A stretch of 64,000 nt of DNA from Infirmifilum sp. (GTDB taxonomy: Archaea; Thermoproteota; Thermoprotei; Thermofilales; Thermofilaceae), in the NCBI GenBank assembly GCA_041287245.1, contig JBEULP010000117.1, forward strand, positions 128,001 to 192,000, given 5' to 3'. How positions within the stretch are numbered: position 1 is the first letter of the stretch; each line of letters opens with the position of its first letter. The notes under the pieces are model-generated. The model saw nothing but the letters and a program-made list of their open reading frames with translations, did no database searches and was not told the DNA's origin. The position numbers and the translations under genes were made by a program. This document shows positions 30,365 through 39,982 of the stretch, in pieces.

Positions 30365-31174
30365 GTGTCCACCAGTTTAAGTGGTGCAACGGTCATATCA
30401 AAAAACCTTTTAAATAAATGGGTTGAGACTGATCCTTTCATAAACAAGCTTGTTAGCCTCGTGGAAGGAGACGAGGAAGTCCGAGCCTTACTAGAAATGA
30501 GTAACATAAACGCAGTGAAGCGGCTCGGGTACAACGACCATGGTCTCGTGCATGCTAGGATTGTTGCAAGCGTATCCTTAGAAATCTTAAATTTATTGTT
30601 AAACAGGAACATCGGGTTGACATCGCTTCAGGATGGAACTACACGAAGTATTGAGGAGGTGAAAACTATTCTTGTATTAGCGAGTTATCTACATGATGTT
30701 GGTAACTCTATACACCGCGAGTACCATGAGATGCTTGGGAGCCTCCTAGCAAAGGATATAGCTGACAGGATTTTACTTCAATTATTTCCTGATATCGGGC
30801 TTCGACGCTACATGATTAGGCAAGAGGTTCTTTCAGCTATTTTCAGTACAGAATATGGAGTAAAAGCCTTGACGATGGAGGCAAGCATTGTAAAACTAGC
30901 TGATGGTCTAGATATGTCCGAGGGTCGTGCGCGATTACCCTATAAGATGGGAAAGGTCGATATGCACTCTTTATCAGCACTCAACATTAAACGCGTAGAG
31001 CTTTCTCCAGCTGAGGATGTACCTATACTCGTGTCTGTTCATATGGATGACCTGGCAGGTTTCTTCCAGGTTGAGAGAGTGCTGATGCCTAAGATCGAGT
31101 CAAGCAAGCTAAAGGGCCTGGTTAGAATAAATATATATAATGTTAGAGAAGAATTGGTAGCCTCCCTAAGTTAG
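30365..31174 (+). CDS. HD-domain phosphohydrolase
   Basis: RLGYNDHG..H, YLHDVGN..HR..H, ADGLDM..GRAR, HSLSA. Start uncertain. Confidence 0.85.
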   Translation: MSTSLSGATVISKNLLNKWVETDPFINKLVSLVEGDEEVRALLEMSNINAVKRLGYNDHGLVHARIVASVSLEILNLLLNRNIGLTSLQDGTTRSIEEVKTILVLASYLHDVGNSIHREYHEMLGSLLAKDIADRILLQLFPDIGLRRYMIRQEVLSAIFSTEYGVKALTMEASIVKLADGLDMSEGRARLPYKMGKVDMHSLSALNIKRVELSPAEDVPILVSVHMDDLAGFFQVERVLMPKIESSKLKGLVRINIYNVREELVASLS

Positions 31175-31231
31175 TAGCTAATCAAAGATTACGCTTAATT
31201 ACCCCGATAAATTTAATCTACGCGAATAAGC

Positions 31232-32452
31232 ATGGAACTACCCGCTATTGAAGGAGGTAAGCCCACGAGGAGTATTTTCAAGGAGTATTTTCCAAGATTT
31301 ACAGAATATGAAAAACAACTTGTTCTCTCTGTGCTTGACTCGGGGAGGCTTGCATCTGGCATCGGAGGGTTTGTCCGTGAGTTCGAAAAAGAGTTTAGTA
31401 GCTATATAAATGTAAAGCATGCCCTTGCAGTATCGAACGGAACATCTGCTCTTCACACAGCCGTTGCGTCCCTAGGAATAGGGCCTGGTGATGAGGTTAT
31501 CACCACCCCATTCAGCTTTGTCGCCACGGCTACTTCGATACTTCACAACAACGCGATACCCGTGTTTGGGGACATTGAACTTGATACTCTCAACTTAGAC
31601 CCTGATACCATCTCCGATAAGATAACAGCTAGAACAAAGGCAATCCTTGTTGTCCACTTAGCAGGGCATCCGGCTGAGATGGATGAGATCATGAAGATAG
31701 CTAATGAACACGGTCTTGCTGTTATAGAAGACTGTGCTCAAGCTATAGGAAGCGAGTATAGGGGCAAAAAAGTTGGCGCTATAGGAAACGTCGGTGCATT
31801 CAGCTTCTATCAGTCAAAAAACATGACTACTGGAGAAGGAGGTATGGTAACAACAAACGATGAACTCATCTATAAAAAGGCTAAACTCTTCATTGAACAT
31901 GGCTCCGAAGAAAGGTATTACCACACCGTCCTGGGTTGGAACTACAGGATGACCGAGCTCCAAGCCGCTCTGGGCTTGGGACAGCTGCATAGAATAGAGG
32001 AATTAAACAGGGCGCGCGAGGAGATAGCCAAAGTGTATACTGATGAGCTCGAGTCGCTGGATGGAGAGCTATTAGTACTTCCTAAGCCTCGAAAACATGT
32101 TAAACATACCTGGCATATATACCAGGTACTGTTAAAGCTTGAAAACTTAAGAGTGAACCGTGACAGAATCGTTGAGGCTGTAAGGAAGGAAAATGTGCTT
32201 GTTCTGGTTTCATATCCAAGAACAATTTACGAGAATCCCCTCTTCCAAAACTTAGACGGATATGGCAGGGGGTGTCCGTGGTCCTGTCCCTTCTACGGTT
32301 CTAAAATTTCTTATAAACCTGGGCTAGCCCCTAAAGCGGAGCTGGCAGCGCGAAGCGTCATAACCCTCCCAACCCTCTCAGGAATGACCATTGAAGATGC
32401 TTTAGATACCGCAAATGCTTTAAAGAAGATCCTATTGTATTATAAGAAGTGA
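31232..32452 (+). CDS. DegT/DnrJ/EryC1/StrS PLP-dependent aminotransferase
   Basis: SNGTSALH, GPGDEVI, EDCAQA, FSFYQSKNMTTGEGG, G.NYRM. Confidence 0.93.
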   Translation: MELPAIEGGKPTRSIFKEYFPRFTEYEKQLVLSVLDSGRLASGIGGFVREFEKEFSSYINVKHALAVSNGTSALHTAVASLGIGPGDEVITTPFSFVATATSILHNNAIPVFGDIELDTLNLDPDTISDKITARTKAILVVHLAGHPAEMDEIMKIANEHGLAVIEDCAQAIGSEYRGKKVGAIGNVGAFSFYQSKNMTTGEGGMVTTNDELIYKKAKLFIEHGSEERYYHTVLGWNYRMTELQAALGLGQLHRIEELNRAREEIAKVYTDELESLDGELLVLPKPRKHVKHTWHIYQVLLKLENLRVNRDRIVEAVRKENVLVLVSYPRTIYENPLFQNLDGYGRGCPWSCPFYGSKISYKPGLAPKAELAARSVITLPTLSGMTIEDALDTANALKKILLYYKK

Positions 32453-32456
32453 AAGT

Positions 32457-33149
32457 ATGGCTCATCCAGTTATCGATAAGGCTATAGAGGAAAAACGTGC
32501 TTTTCTCACACTTCGTGAATCCTTCGAGCTCTTGGAAAGCTATGAACTACCAGTCGTGAACTACGTATACATAACCTCAAAAGAGGAGTTACCAAAAGTC
32601 CATAGCCTATCATTTCCCGTTGTGCTAAAGCTCGACAGCCCCGATATTGTTCATAAAACAGAGTTCGGAGCAGTAAAAACAGGGATTTCCTCCGCTCTTG
32701 AGTTGGAAAAAGCAATTGATGAGATGACAGCTAAAGTTCACGAGAAGATACCAGGCGTACGCATCAACGGTTTCCTAATACAGGAAATGGTGCGTCAGGC
32801 GCATGAAGTAATAGTTGGAGGCTTAAACGATTCGCAGTTCGGTCCCGTCATAGCCTTTGGGATAGGAGGAATCTTAGTGGAAGCCTTAAAGGACGTTGTT
32901 TTCGACATAGCTCCAGTCTCCCGGGAACAGGCTTTAGACCTTATAAGAAGAATCAAAGGTTATAGGATACTGGAGGGTTACAGGGGACTACCTAAAGCAA
33001 ACATCGAGCTGCTTGCTGATGTGATAAGCAGAGCGTCTCAAATGTTTGCTCAGCTCTCGAGCAGTGTATCAGAAATGGACTTGAACCCCATCTTCGTCTC
33101 TTCGGATTGGATAAAAATAGCCGACGCGCGTTTTAAACTAAACATTTGA
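32457..33149 (+). CDS. Acetyl/acyl-CoA synthetase (ADP-forming) beta subunit
   Basis: FPVVLK..SPDI.HKTE.G.V, EVIVG...D.QFGPV..FG.GG, EMDLNP, ADAR. Confidence 0.9.
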   Translation: MAHPVIDKAIEEKRAFLTLRESFELLESYELPVVNYVYITSKEELPKVHSLSFPVVLKLDSPDIVHKTEFGAVKTGISSALELEKAIDEMTAKVHEKIPGVRINGFLIQEMVRQAHEVIVGGLNDSQFGPVIAFGIGGILVEALKDVVFDIAPVSREQALDLIRRIKGYRILEGYRGLPKANIELLADVISRASQMFAQLSSSVSEMDLNPIFVSSDWIKIADARFKLNI

Positions 33150-33154
33150 GTAAA

Positions 33155-33210
33155 CGTGTCAGACGCGAGAAGAGTCTTCACCAATCACGTTACCGTCGCC
33201 TCATCATCCA
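33155..33210 (-). ncRNA. Box C/D guide sRNA
   Basis: On the minus strand: C ATGATGA (33207-33201), 12-nt guide GGCGACGGTAAC, D' GTGA, C' GTGAAGA, 12-nt guide CTCTTCTCGCGT, D CTGA (33162-33159). Intergenic. Confidence 0.88.
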
Positions 33211-33276
33211 AGAATAAAATTAGCGTAATGTATATAAAAATAGACGGTAAATTATTTTTTAAAAAAAGCAAAAGAG

Positions 33277-33615
33277 GTGAATAACATGCCACTGAGCCTA
33301 GGAACAGTTATTCAATTTATAATTGCCTGGCTTGTAAGTGCAATCATCATCTATATAGTTTTAAAGCTATACCCTGGAAGGCAGAAACGCGAGAACATTG
33401 GAGGCGCCCTTCTTGCAGCCCTCGTTGGCGAAATAATATTCTTACTCTTCGACATACTTCACATTCCATTCGGAAACCTTTTATCTATCCTGGTTTGGCT
33501 CTACGCTCTGAGAAAACTTTTCGGAGTTGGATGGATTGGAGCTCTAATAATAGCTTTTCTAATCTATGTTCTAAGCCTCCTAACCTCTTTTCTTGGCCTC
33601 CCCCACCTCTTCTAG
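33277..33615 (+). CDS. Small four-TM membrane protein
   Basis: Very hydrophobic 112-aa ORF. GAGGTGA RBS; the true start may be ATG at 33286. Confidence 0.7.
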   Translation: MNNMPLSLGTVIQFIIAWLVSAIIIYIVLKLYPGRQKRENIGGALLAALVGEIIFLLFDILHIPFGNLLSILVWLYALRKLFGVGWIGALIIAFLIYVLSLLTSFLGLPHLF

Positions 33616-33669
33616 CCGACCCCTCTAATCAAATACTTTTTTAGGCACTTTTTCATCAAAAAGATAGGT

Positions 33670-34353
33670 GTGTCTGGACTCATGGAGTCAAGCAACGTCG
33701 AATCGTATTCTACTCTTAAGACTGTTATATCTCACTATTTAACGAAGTCTTTCACAGGGCTTTCGGAGCAAGAAGCGGATTTTATGAGCGACATAGCTAC
33801 GCAAGACTTCCTAAATTATATAGCAGTAGAAAAGGACATCCTATACGATTCCGACTCTTCTCTTCGTGTACTTTCATATATCTCGAATTTAATGGAAGAA
33901 AAACCCCTCGATTTGGATAAAATATTGAGCGAGTGGCTCGAAGTTTGGATTATAAAGTGGAAGCAGCGGGTTAAACTTGTAATGGGTGAGGATAGCCAGG
34001 ATGCCAAAGCCATGAAGAACCTTGAGGATAAAGTTACACCAATAATGAATAAGCTTGGAGACGAGGTACAAGCCTTCAGAAAATTTACGATTGGCTCGCT
34101 CATAGCCTCTCGAGAGGTTTGTTTCACGAATTTAATGGCGGATATGGTTGTAAAGGAGATTCTTTTCAAGATAGCATCTAGCCAGAATATCGCCGAGGCT
34201 CAAGACTTTGTAAGGACTAACCCGGTTTTCATACTTAATGAGATCGTGAAGAGAGTAAAGGAGCTAAGCCGCTTCAAGGGGAATCTGATTGTAGTCAAAA
34301 TCAACCCTGCCTTCTTCCAGGACGTGCGAGGTGAGATAGTTGAGTGGTGGTGA
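33670..34353 (+). CDS. Hypothetical helical protein
   Basis: 227-aa ORF coupled to the next gene, with W-rich segment WLEVWIIKWKQRVK. Confidence 0.7.
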   Translation: MSGLMESSNVESYSTLKTVISHYLTKSFTGLSEQEADFMSDIATQDFLNYIAVEKDILYDSDSSLRVLSYISNLMEEKPLDLDKILSEWLEVWIIKWKQRVKLVMGEDSQDAKAMKNLEDKVTPIMNKLGDEVQAFRKFTIGSLIASREVCFTNLMADMVVKEILFKIASSQNIAEAQDFVRTNPVFILNEIVKRVKELSRFKGNLIVVKINPAFFQDVRGEIVEWW

Positions 34354-34813
34354 AGAAACATACCTAAAAGCTGAAGTTGTGGGCGTCTACCCGATTGTTT
34401 TCGAGTCTACCGGAACAGCCTTTGTACTCCTACTGGAAGCTGCGGAATGGAAGGGGAAGGTTCTACCGATTTATATCGGGGTTAGCGAGGGTGTTGCAAT
34501 TCAAAACGCCTTAGCGGGGATAAAAATGGAGAGACCAATGACCCACGACCTAATAATTAATATGCTTGATGCACTGGGTGTTGTCATAGAAAAAGTCACG
34601 ATCGATGCCCTTCTCAATAATAGTGTATATACAGCTACCATAGTTTTGAGGAAAGGCGAGGAAGACAGGCCCGAAAGGCTCTTAATTGATGCTCGTCCCA
34701 GTGATAGCGTGGCATTAGCGCTAAGGGCTGGAGCACCGATTTACGTGGCATCACACTTAGAGAAGCACACACGAAGCCCAGAAGAACTAGGGTTGAAGGA
34801 AGAAAATGATTAG
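34340..34813 (+). CDS. Bifunctional nuclease family protein (DUF151)
   Basis: LPIYIG..E..AI, RPMTHDL, DARPSD.VALALR..API.V. Confidence 0.9.
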   Translation: MSGGEETYLKAEVVGVYPIVFESTGTAFVLLLEAAEWKGKVLPIYIGVSEGVAIQNALAGIKMERPMTHDLIINMLDALGVVIEKVTIDALLNNSVYTATIVLRKGEEDRPERLLIDARPSDSVALALRAGAPIYVASHLEKHTRSPEELGLKEEND

Positions 34814-35669
34814 CAGGAACGGTCTTAAATATCAAAGCAATGAACAACTACTTAATCTTTACATATCACACCTCATAGCTAGGAATAGGTCCGAAAAAAC
34901 AATTAAATCGTTTAAAAGCATTCTCGAGAAGTTTATCGAATTTCTAGGAGACAAAAGCCTAGCTGACATTTCCGTTTACGACGTTGATACATTCCTGGCT
35001 CAACTCCGCTCAAACGGCTGGAAGCCTGACAGTTTGTACACAGCTGGTGTTGCTCTTAAAAGGTTCTTAGAATTTATTGGGAAAGAGGATGCCTTAAAAA
35101 ACTTTGAATTACCTAAGCGTGAGAAAAGACTACCTAGATATTTAGAGCCCGACGAGGTCAAAAAAATGCTCGACGCGGCAGAGAACACTCGGGACAGGCT
35201 CATATTACTTCTTCTCTTTACAACGGGATTACGCGTAGCTGAGCTAGTCAATATTAGAAAATCTGATGTGGATCTAGAAAAACATACAATCAGGGTGAAG
35301 GGGAAAGGGTCGAAGGAACGATACGTCTATTTCTCCCCCACGGCCACGGAGCTCCTCAAGAAACAACTAGAGGAAAGTAACTCTGAATGGCTTTTTCCTT
35401 CCTCAAAAAACCCTCTATCTCACATACATTACACAACTGTTGAGCGAACTCTCTCAGCCTTAGCTCGAAAAGCCGGCCTAAACAAACGTGTTACCCCACA
35501 TCTTCTAAGACACACTTTTGCAACACTCAGCCTCGCAAATGGACTTGACATACGCGAGATACAAGAGCTTCTCGGGCACTCAAACCTTAACACTACTCAG
35601 GTCTACGCACACGTCTCGCGGGAACGTTTAAAGAGAGACTATGAACGCGTGTGGGGCTCTGTTCTATAA
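34806..35669 (+). CDS. xerA: Tyrosine recombinase XerA
   Basis: N-terminal SAM-like domain, LPRYL, TGLR..EL, GKGSKER, TPHLLRHTFAT, IQELLGH..L.TTQVY. No phage or plasmid genes nearby. Confidence 0.88.
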   Translation: MISRNGLKYQSNEQLLNLYISHLIARNRSEKTIKSFKSILEKFIEFLGDKSLADISVYDVDTFLAQLRSNGWKPDSLYTAGVALKRFLEFIGKEDALKNFELPKREKRLPRYLEPDEVKKMLDAAENTRDRLILLLLFTTGLRVAELVNIRKSDVDLEKHTIRVKGKGSKERYVYFSPTATELLKKQLEESNSEWLFPSSKNPLSHIHYTTVERTLSALARKAGLNKRVTPHLLRHTFATLSLANGLDIREIQELLGHSNLNTTQVYAHVSRERLKRDYERVWGSVL

Positions 35670-35673
35670 ACGC

Positions 35674-36252
35674 TTAAGCTATCTCGGTTACCTCTGAGCG
35701 AAGCTCTATCTGCAGCCTTTTCAACAAGGTATCCAGGTCTATAAGTTCTGCCCCAGCGAAGTTCTGCATGTATGCTAGACCCGTTTTATGCCATTCTTCG
35801 CTTGCAGCAGCTACACAATTGACTGGTACAATGGTTCTGTAGCCTCTGTAGAAAGCCCCTAACACGGTCTGCTGAACACAAATATGGGTGTGTATGCCGG
35901 TTATTATTAAGGTATCAGCTCCAAGCTCTCTGAGCAAGACATCAAGGTCCGTGAACATGAAAGCATCATACCGCCTCTTTGGAACGATAAAGTCCTTGGG
36001 GGAGGGGGCTAGCTCGCAGACTATCCGACTCTCACTATCACCCCTTATGGCGTGAGGCCCCCAAAGCCTTGTCTCGAAATCTATACCTTGATAGTGCTGA
36101 TCCATAGTATAGATCACAGGTATTCCTCTTTCACGGGCAAAGTCAAGCAGCCTCTTTATGTTAGGTATAATACGCTCAGCGTTCTCGGCTCGTAGACGCC
36201 CCCGCACAAACTCCTCGAGCATGTCTACAACTATTACTGCATACTTAGCCAT
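35674..36252 (-). CDS. Isochorismatase/nicotinamidase-like cysteine hydrolase
   Basis: VVDM..EF, D.H, W..H, K.RYDAF, GIHTHICV..T. Confidence 0.9.
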   Translation of the reverse strand: MAKYAVIVVDMLEEFVRGRLRAENAERIIPNIKRLLDFARERGIPVIYTMDQHYQGIDFETRLWGPHAIRGDSESRIVCELAPSPKDFIVPKRRYDAFMFTDLDVLLRELGADTLIITGIHTHICVQQTVLGAFYRGYRTIVPVNCVAAASEEWHKTGLAYMQNFAGAELIDLDTLLKRLQIELRSEVTEIA

Positions 36253-36297
36253 ACACTATTGATGTTGTCAAAACCTAGATAATAGCTTTATTCCTTC

Positions 36298-36597
36298 TCA
36301 CTCAGGCTTAAGAACCACAACTTTTGGCTTAAGTTCCTCCTCCAACATTTTTAGAATTGTAGCTATTCTCTGTCCTTTCTCCGTAAGCCTTAGTATTCTA
36401 TTCCCGGGACTCCCCTTCCTATCTTCTTCTACAAGGTTGTACTCTAAGAGTTTCTTAACGTTATTATAGATAGAAGTTGTCGAAAGCTTAGTCGAGGGTC
36501 TTAGATCTGTAATTTTTTTCTCCCCTTCGTACAAGGCTAAAAGGATCAGATCGCTCTCGGTGAAGATTAATCTCTTGTCGAACTCGTTGCTCAACAC
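36298..36597 (-). CDS. Winged-HTH transcriptional regulator
   Basis: LS..SIY..VKKL...NLVEE...R...LTEKG. Confidence 0.8.
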   Translation of the reverse strand: MLSNEFDKRLIFTESDLILLALYEGEKKITDLRPSTKLSTTSIYNNVKKLLEYNLVEEDRKGSPGNRILRLTEKGQRIATILKMLEEELKPKVVVLKPE

Positions 36598-36663
36598 AAC
36601 CCCCTATTAACTCAAAATGCCTTCCGAAATAAAAATTAACCTCTTACGTTTATCGTTATTGCT

Positions 36664-36990
36664 ATGTCTTCAATCAAAATCACAGATTTCCAGAAGCTAG
36701 ACATTAGAATTGGCCGTATTCTAGAAGCGCAGCCGATTGAGAAAAGCGAGAAGCTTATCCTCTTGAAAGTAGATATAGGTAACGAGGTTAGACAACTCGT
36801 CGCGGGGCTCAGGCCCTATTATAAACCTGAAGAGCTAAAAGGGAAGGAGGTCGTTGTCCTAGCAAACCTCGAGCCCAAGGCTCTAATGGGCTACACCTCA
36901 CAGGGCATGCTTCTGGCCGCCGTTGAGGATGGAAAACCCGTACTTCTTGTCCCAGAAAAAGAGGTTAAAGTAGGAGCGAAAATAAGTTAA
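36664..36990 (+). CDS. tRNA-binding OB-fold protein (MetRS C-terminal/Trbp111/CsaA-like)
   Basis: F.KLDIR.G.I, LKVDIG...RQLVAG, ANLEP..LMG..SQGMLLA. Confidence 0.9.
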   Translation: MSSIKITDFQKLDIRIGRILEAQPIEKSEKLILLKVDIGNEVRQLVAGLRPYYKPEELKGKEVVVLANLEPKALMGYTSQGMLLAAVEDGKPVLLVPEKEVKVGAKIS

Positions 36991-37005
36991 AATATAAAAA
37001 TATTT

Positions 37006-37254
37006 TTACCGAATTCCTATGTGAAGTCCTCTATCCAACCTACTCGTATCCATGTCCCGGTAGCTTGCTAGGATCTTACGTATAGCCTCTCGTATAGCAT
37101 CACTCCTATTCTGGAAGTAGCCTTTCTCGATGAGTTGATCAAGTGCATCGATCAGCCCTACGGGCAGTTTGACGGAGATGACCTTTGTTACCGACGTATA
37201 GTCTCCTCTGTTAGTAACATAATAACTACTCGGAAGATCATTTCTTGTTGCCAT
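37006..37254 (-). CDS. CopG/RHH transcriptional regulator (CdrS-like motif)
   Basis: VISVKLP...LD.LIE.G.F.NRSDAIR.AIR. ATG at 37254 lies about 26-30 nt downstream of TATATA. Confidence 0.8.
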   Translation of the reverse strand: MATRNDLPSSYYVTNRGDYTSVTKVISVKLPVGLIDALDQLIEKGYFQNRSDAIREAIRKILASYRDMDTSRLDRGLHIGIR

Positions 37255-37441
37255 CAAATGATAGTATGAAGATTCTAGGTATATAGAATCCTCGAAATAA
37301 CCCAGTCTCATGACTGTAGGACAATTTAATTTAGTAACTATTGACACTTCTGATAATATCAGAGGGAAGACATAAATTGCCGTACTTTTTCCCGGACAGG
37401 TTCAGATTAGAAACGTTAATTTACCGTCTAATCCCATATTT

Positions 37442-38185
37442 TTGAGTCCTATGGTGGAGACTCGCATAAACTATCAGAGGGAAAAGGAGAACATTCGACG
37501 GGAAATATGGACAACATTAGAGAAATATGAAGTAGTTACAAGTCCAAGACCATGTTATGGAAAAATACCTGGTTTTATAGGCAGTCACAACATACAGCTA
37601 AGACTGGTAAAGCTCGACGCTTTCAGGCAAGCTGAAACCGTATACACAACTCCCGATGTATCGCTTCGAGTTCTTCGCGAAGAGTCCCTGAAAAGAGGTA
37701 AACGCATAGTGTTATCTTTGCCCGCTCTTAGGGGTTATATCCTACTAGACCCCTCCAAACTCTCTCCCAACAAATACGGCTTTGCCTCAACGCTAAGAGG
37801 AGCTTTAGCCACAGGTGAAAGAATAAAGTGGCCAGAAGGGATAAGTTTCGATTTGGTTGCACTTGGGAGCGTTGCTGTAAACACTAACGGTGGCAGGCTG
37901 GGACGTGGAGACGGAATACACGACTTGGAATATGCCATTCTACGCGAGCTACATGCGATTACAGAAAAAACTCCTGTTGTTACGGCTGTCCATGACCTTC
38001 AAGTCGTAGAGAAGAAGATACCAATGCTCCAACACGATGTTCCGGTCGATTACATTCTAACACCCACGCGGTTAATCGCTACCTCGTCTCCGTACCTCAA
38101 ACCCCCAGGTATAATATGGGAGCAGCTATCAATAGAGTTCATCAAGTCAACCTCAATTCTAAGGGTTTTATTCGGCATATCATGA
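37442..38185 (+). CDS. 5-formyltetrahydrofolate cyclo-ligase family protein (MTHFSD-like)
   Basis: IR..IW, G.IP.F.G, GSVAV...G.RLG.G.G..DLEY, HDVPVD.I.TP. Confidence 0.85.
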   Translation: MSPMVETRINYQREKENIRREIWTTLEKYEVVTSPRPCYGKIPGFIGSHNIQLRLVKLDAFRQAETVYTTPDVSLRVLREESLKRGKRIVLSLPALRGYILLDPSKLSPNKYGFASTLRGALATGERIKWPEGISFDLVALGSVAVNTNGGRLGRGDGIHDLEYAILRELHAITEKTPVVTAVHDLQVVEKKIPMLQHDVPVDYILTPTRLIATSSPYLKPPGIIWEQLSIEFIKSTSILRVLFGIS

Positions 38186-38749
38186 CTTCAATGGAATTCT
38201 AAGAAGACCTGGAGCATATCTGTTAATATTGGCTGTACAAGAGGCACAGTAAGATGCAGGTTTATCATCAACGTCGTAGATCGAGTTACTGAAACGCATT
38301 ACGCAGTTCTTCGGACAATGTGTCAAACCAAAGCTGTGTCCCAACTCGTGAAGACTCTCTTTCAATAATCTCATCCTAAAGAGGGGTATCGAGGGAGGCA
38401 GTCCGTAGAACTCCTGTTTAAGCCTTTCTGTGAACACAACTCCTCCCCAATTAGGAGAGGCAACTCCAAATACAAAGTTTAGGCCTTCTATGAAGCCATC
38501 GCCCTCGATGATAGCAAGTATACGCTGGTAGGGTAAGACTCCTATCTTTTCCTGAAGGTAACGGAGGAGTTTTTCAGCGTTGATCTGCTCTCTATCTTCA
38601 TCGTAGAAGTTTAAAACAGCCCCTAGTGTAAGGCTTTTTGTATCTTCCATAATGTGAGCATTAAAGAAGTTAGCCAAGGTTTTGTGTAACCACTTAATAT
38701 GCTCCTCCTCAACTCCCAAGGCAAGAATCTTGATGACATATTCTGCCAT
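38180..38749 (-). CDS. amzA: Archaemetzincin zinc protease
   Basis: LNFVFG, KE..HELGH.FGL.HC...CVM.FSNS..DVD.K...C..C. Confidence 0.92.
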   Translation of the reverse strand: MAEYVIKILALGVEEEHIKWLHKTLANFFNAHIMEDTKSLTLGAVLNFYDEDREQINAEKLLRYLQEKIGVLPYQRILAIIEGDGFIEGLNFVFGVASPNWGGVVFTERLKQEFYGLPPSIPLFRMRLLKESLHELGHSFGLTHCPKNCVMRFSNSIYDVDDKPASYCASCTANINRYAPGLLRIPLKS

Positions 38750-38833
38750 ACTACAACAGTATGAACCTTATATTGTGGCTTCAACTAAAATGTTACTGTA
38801 TAATCCCTCTTCCAAGCTTAACAAGATAAGGGT

Positions 38834-39220
38834 ATGTATTTAAGGATAGAAGATATACTCGACGAGGCGATCAGTGTCTCTGAGAAAAGCATCTACATAC
38901 TTCTTACTACAAGCGTGGTATCTACACTTGTGGCATCTATATACGGGTGGGTTCAAGTATTTTTAATTCCTCCTTTACTAGCCTCCTCCTATTTCTTTGT
39001 GGATCTGATACGGAGATTATATGTTTATTACTCTAAGAGTGCCTCGAATAAAACAGTACTATTATTAGTATTGCCATCCTATGCAACCCTTACAACAATG
39101 GCTCTGGGGCTTGCTGGGATTTTTACAGCGCTATCATATATACTGGTGCTACTGGGGCTGACAGCTATACTATTCTCTAAGATCGTCGCATCGAAGCGAG
39201 ACATTATCGTTATAACCTGA
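38834..39220 (+). CDS. Small membrane protein
   Basis: 128 aa with 3-4 hydrophobic helices. Confidence 0.6.
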   Translation: MYLRIEDILDEAISVSEKSIYILLTTSVVSTLVASIYGWVQVFLIPPLLASSYFFVDLIRRLYVYYSKSASNKTVLLLVLPSYATLTTMALGLAGIFTALSYILVLLGLTAILFSKIVASKRDIIVIT

Positions 39221-39238
39221 GAGAACCGCACTGGAAAG

Positions 39239-39982
39239 ATGGAAAGAGTACTCGGATGGTTAATGATAATAAAGACCCGCATCTTTAAACAGACTGTGTC
39301 GACTATCAGCAAATATGAGATATTTCCGCTACTCTTAGAGCTTGCGAAAAGAGGCTGCTTAAATTTTCCCGAAAGAATAAGCAGAACAGAAATAATAAAA
39401 GCCCTGGATGCTTCTTCCTGGCGTCTTAGAAAACTGTTAGAAGTGGGTGAAAAAGAAGGTTATATTGAGAGGCTACAGCAGGGCAGGTATGTTACTTATA
39501 AAATCACTCCAAGAGGTAAAACGCTATTAGAGAGTGTTTACAGGGATCTCCGGTCTATCTTCGATTCAGATGTTATCATAGAGCTTAAAGGCAAAGTAGT
39601 CCCGGGTTTAGGTGAAGGAGCCTTTTATTTAAGCATACCGAAGTATGTGGAAGCGTTCAAAGAGGTTCTGGGTTTTGAACCTTACCCCGGTACGCTAAAT
39701 GTAAAGCTAGATGAAGAGTCTACAAAGAAAAGATCTCAACTTAAGAAATCTACAACCGGAGTATACATACCAGGCTTCACTATAAATGAAAGAAGTTTCT
39801 GCGGCGTGTACGTCTACAGAGCTGTGATAAGCGCCAACGGGTTATCTGTCTTCGGCGCCGCCCTAGATATTGAGAAAACAAAACATGGGGAAGACATACT
39901 TGAGCTTATTTCACAGGTTAAACTCCGCTCTGAACTAAGGCTGAGAGACGGGGACAATATATCTATAAAAATTATGCTTTAA
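39239..39982 (+). CDS. ribK: CTP-dependent riboflavin kinase with N-terminal wHTH
   Basis: G.VV.GLGEG.FY, LGF.PYPGTLN, T.H...ILELIS...LR..L.L.DGD. N-terminal HTH present; exact start uncertain. Confidence 0.9.
   Translation: MERVLGWLMIIKTRIFKQTVSTISKYEIFPLLLELAKRGCLNFPERISRTEIIKALDASSWRLRKLLEVGEKEGYIERLQQGRYVTYKITPRGKTLLESVYRDLRSIFDSDVIIELKGKVVPGLGEGAFYLSIPKYVEAFKEVLGFEPYPGTLNVKLDEESTKKRSQLKKSTTGVYIPGFTINERSFCGVYVYRAVISANGLSVFGAALDIEKTKHGEDILELISQVKLRSELRLRDGDNISIKIML

Noticed and set aside
34806..35669. Tyrosine recombinase as an integrase of a provirus or island
   Set aside because: XerA-like size and motifs, flanked by housekeeping genes. No tRNA/att repeat or viral/plasmid genes seen.
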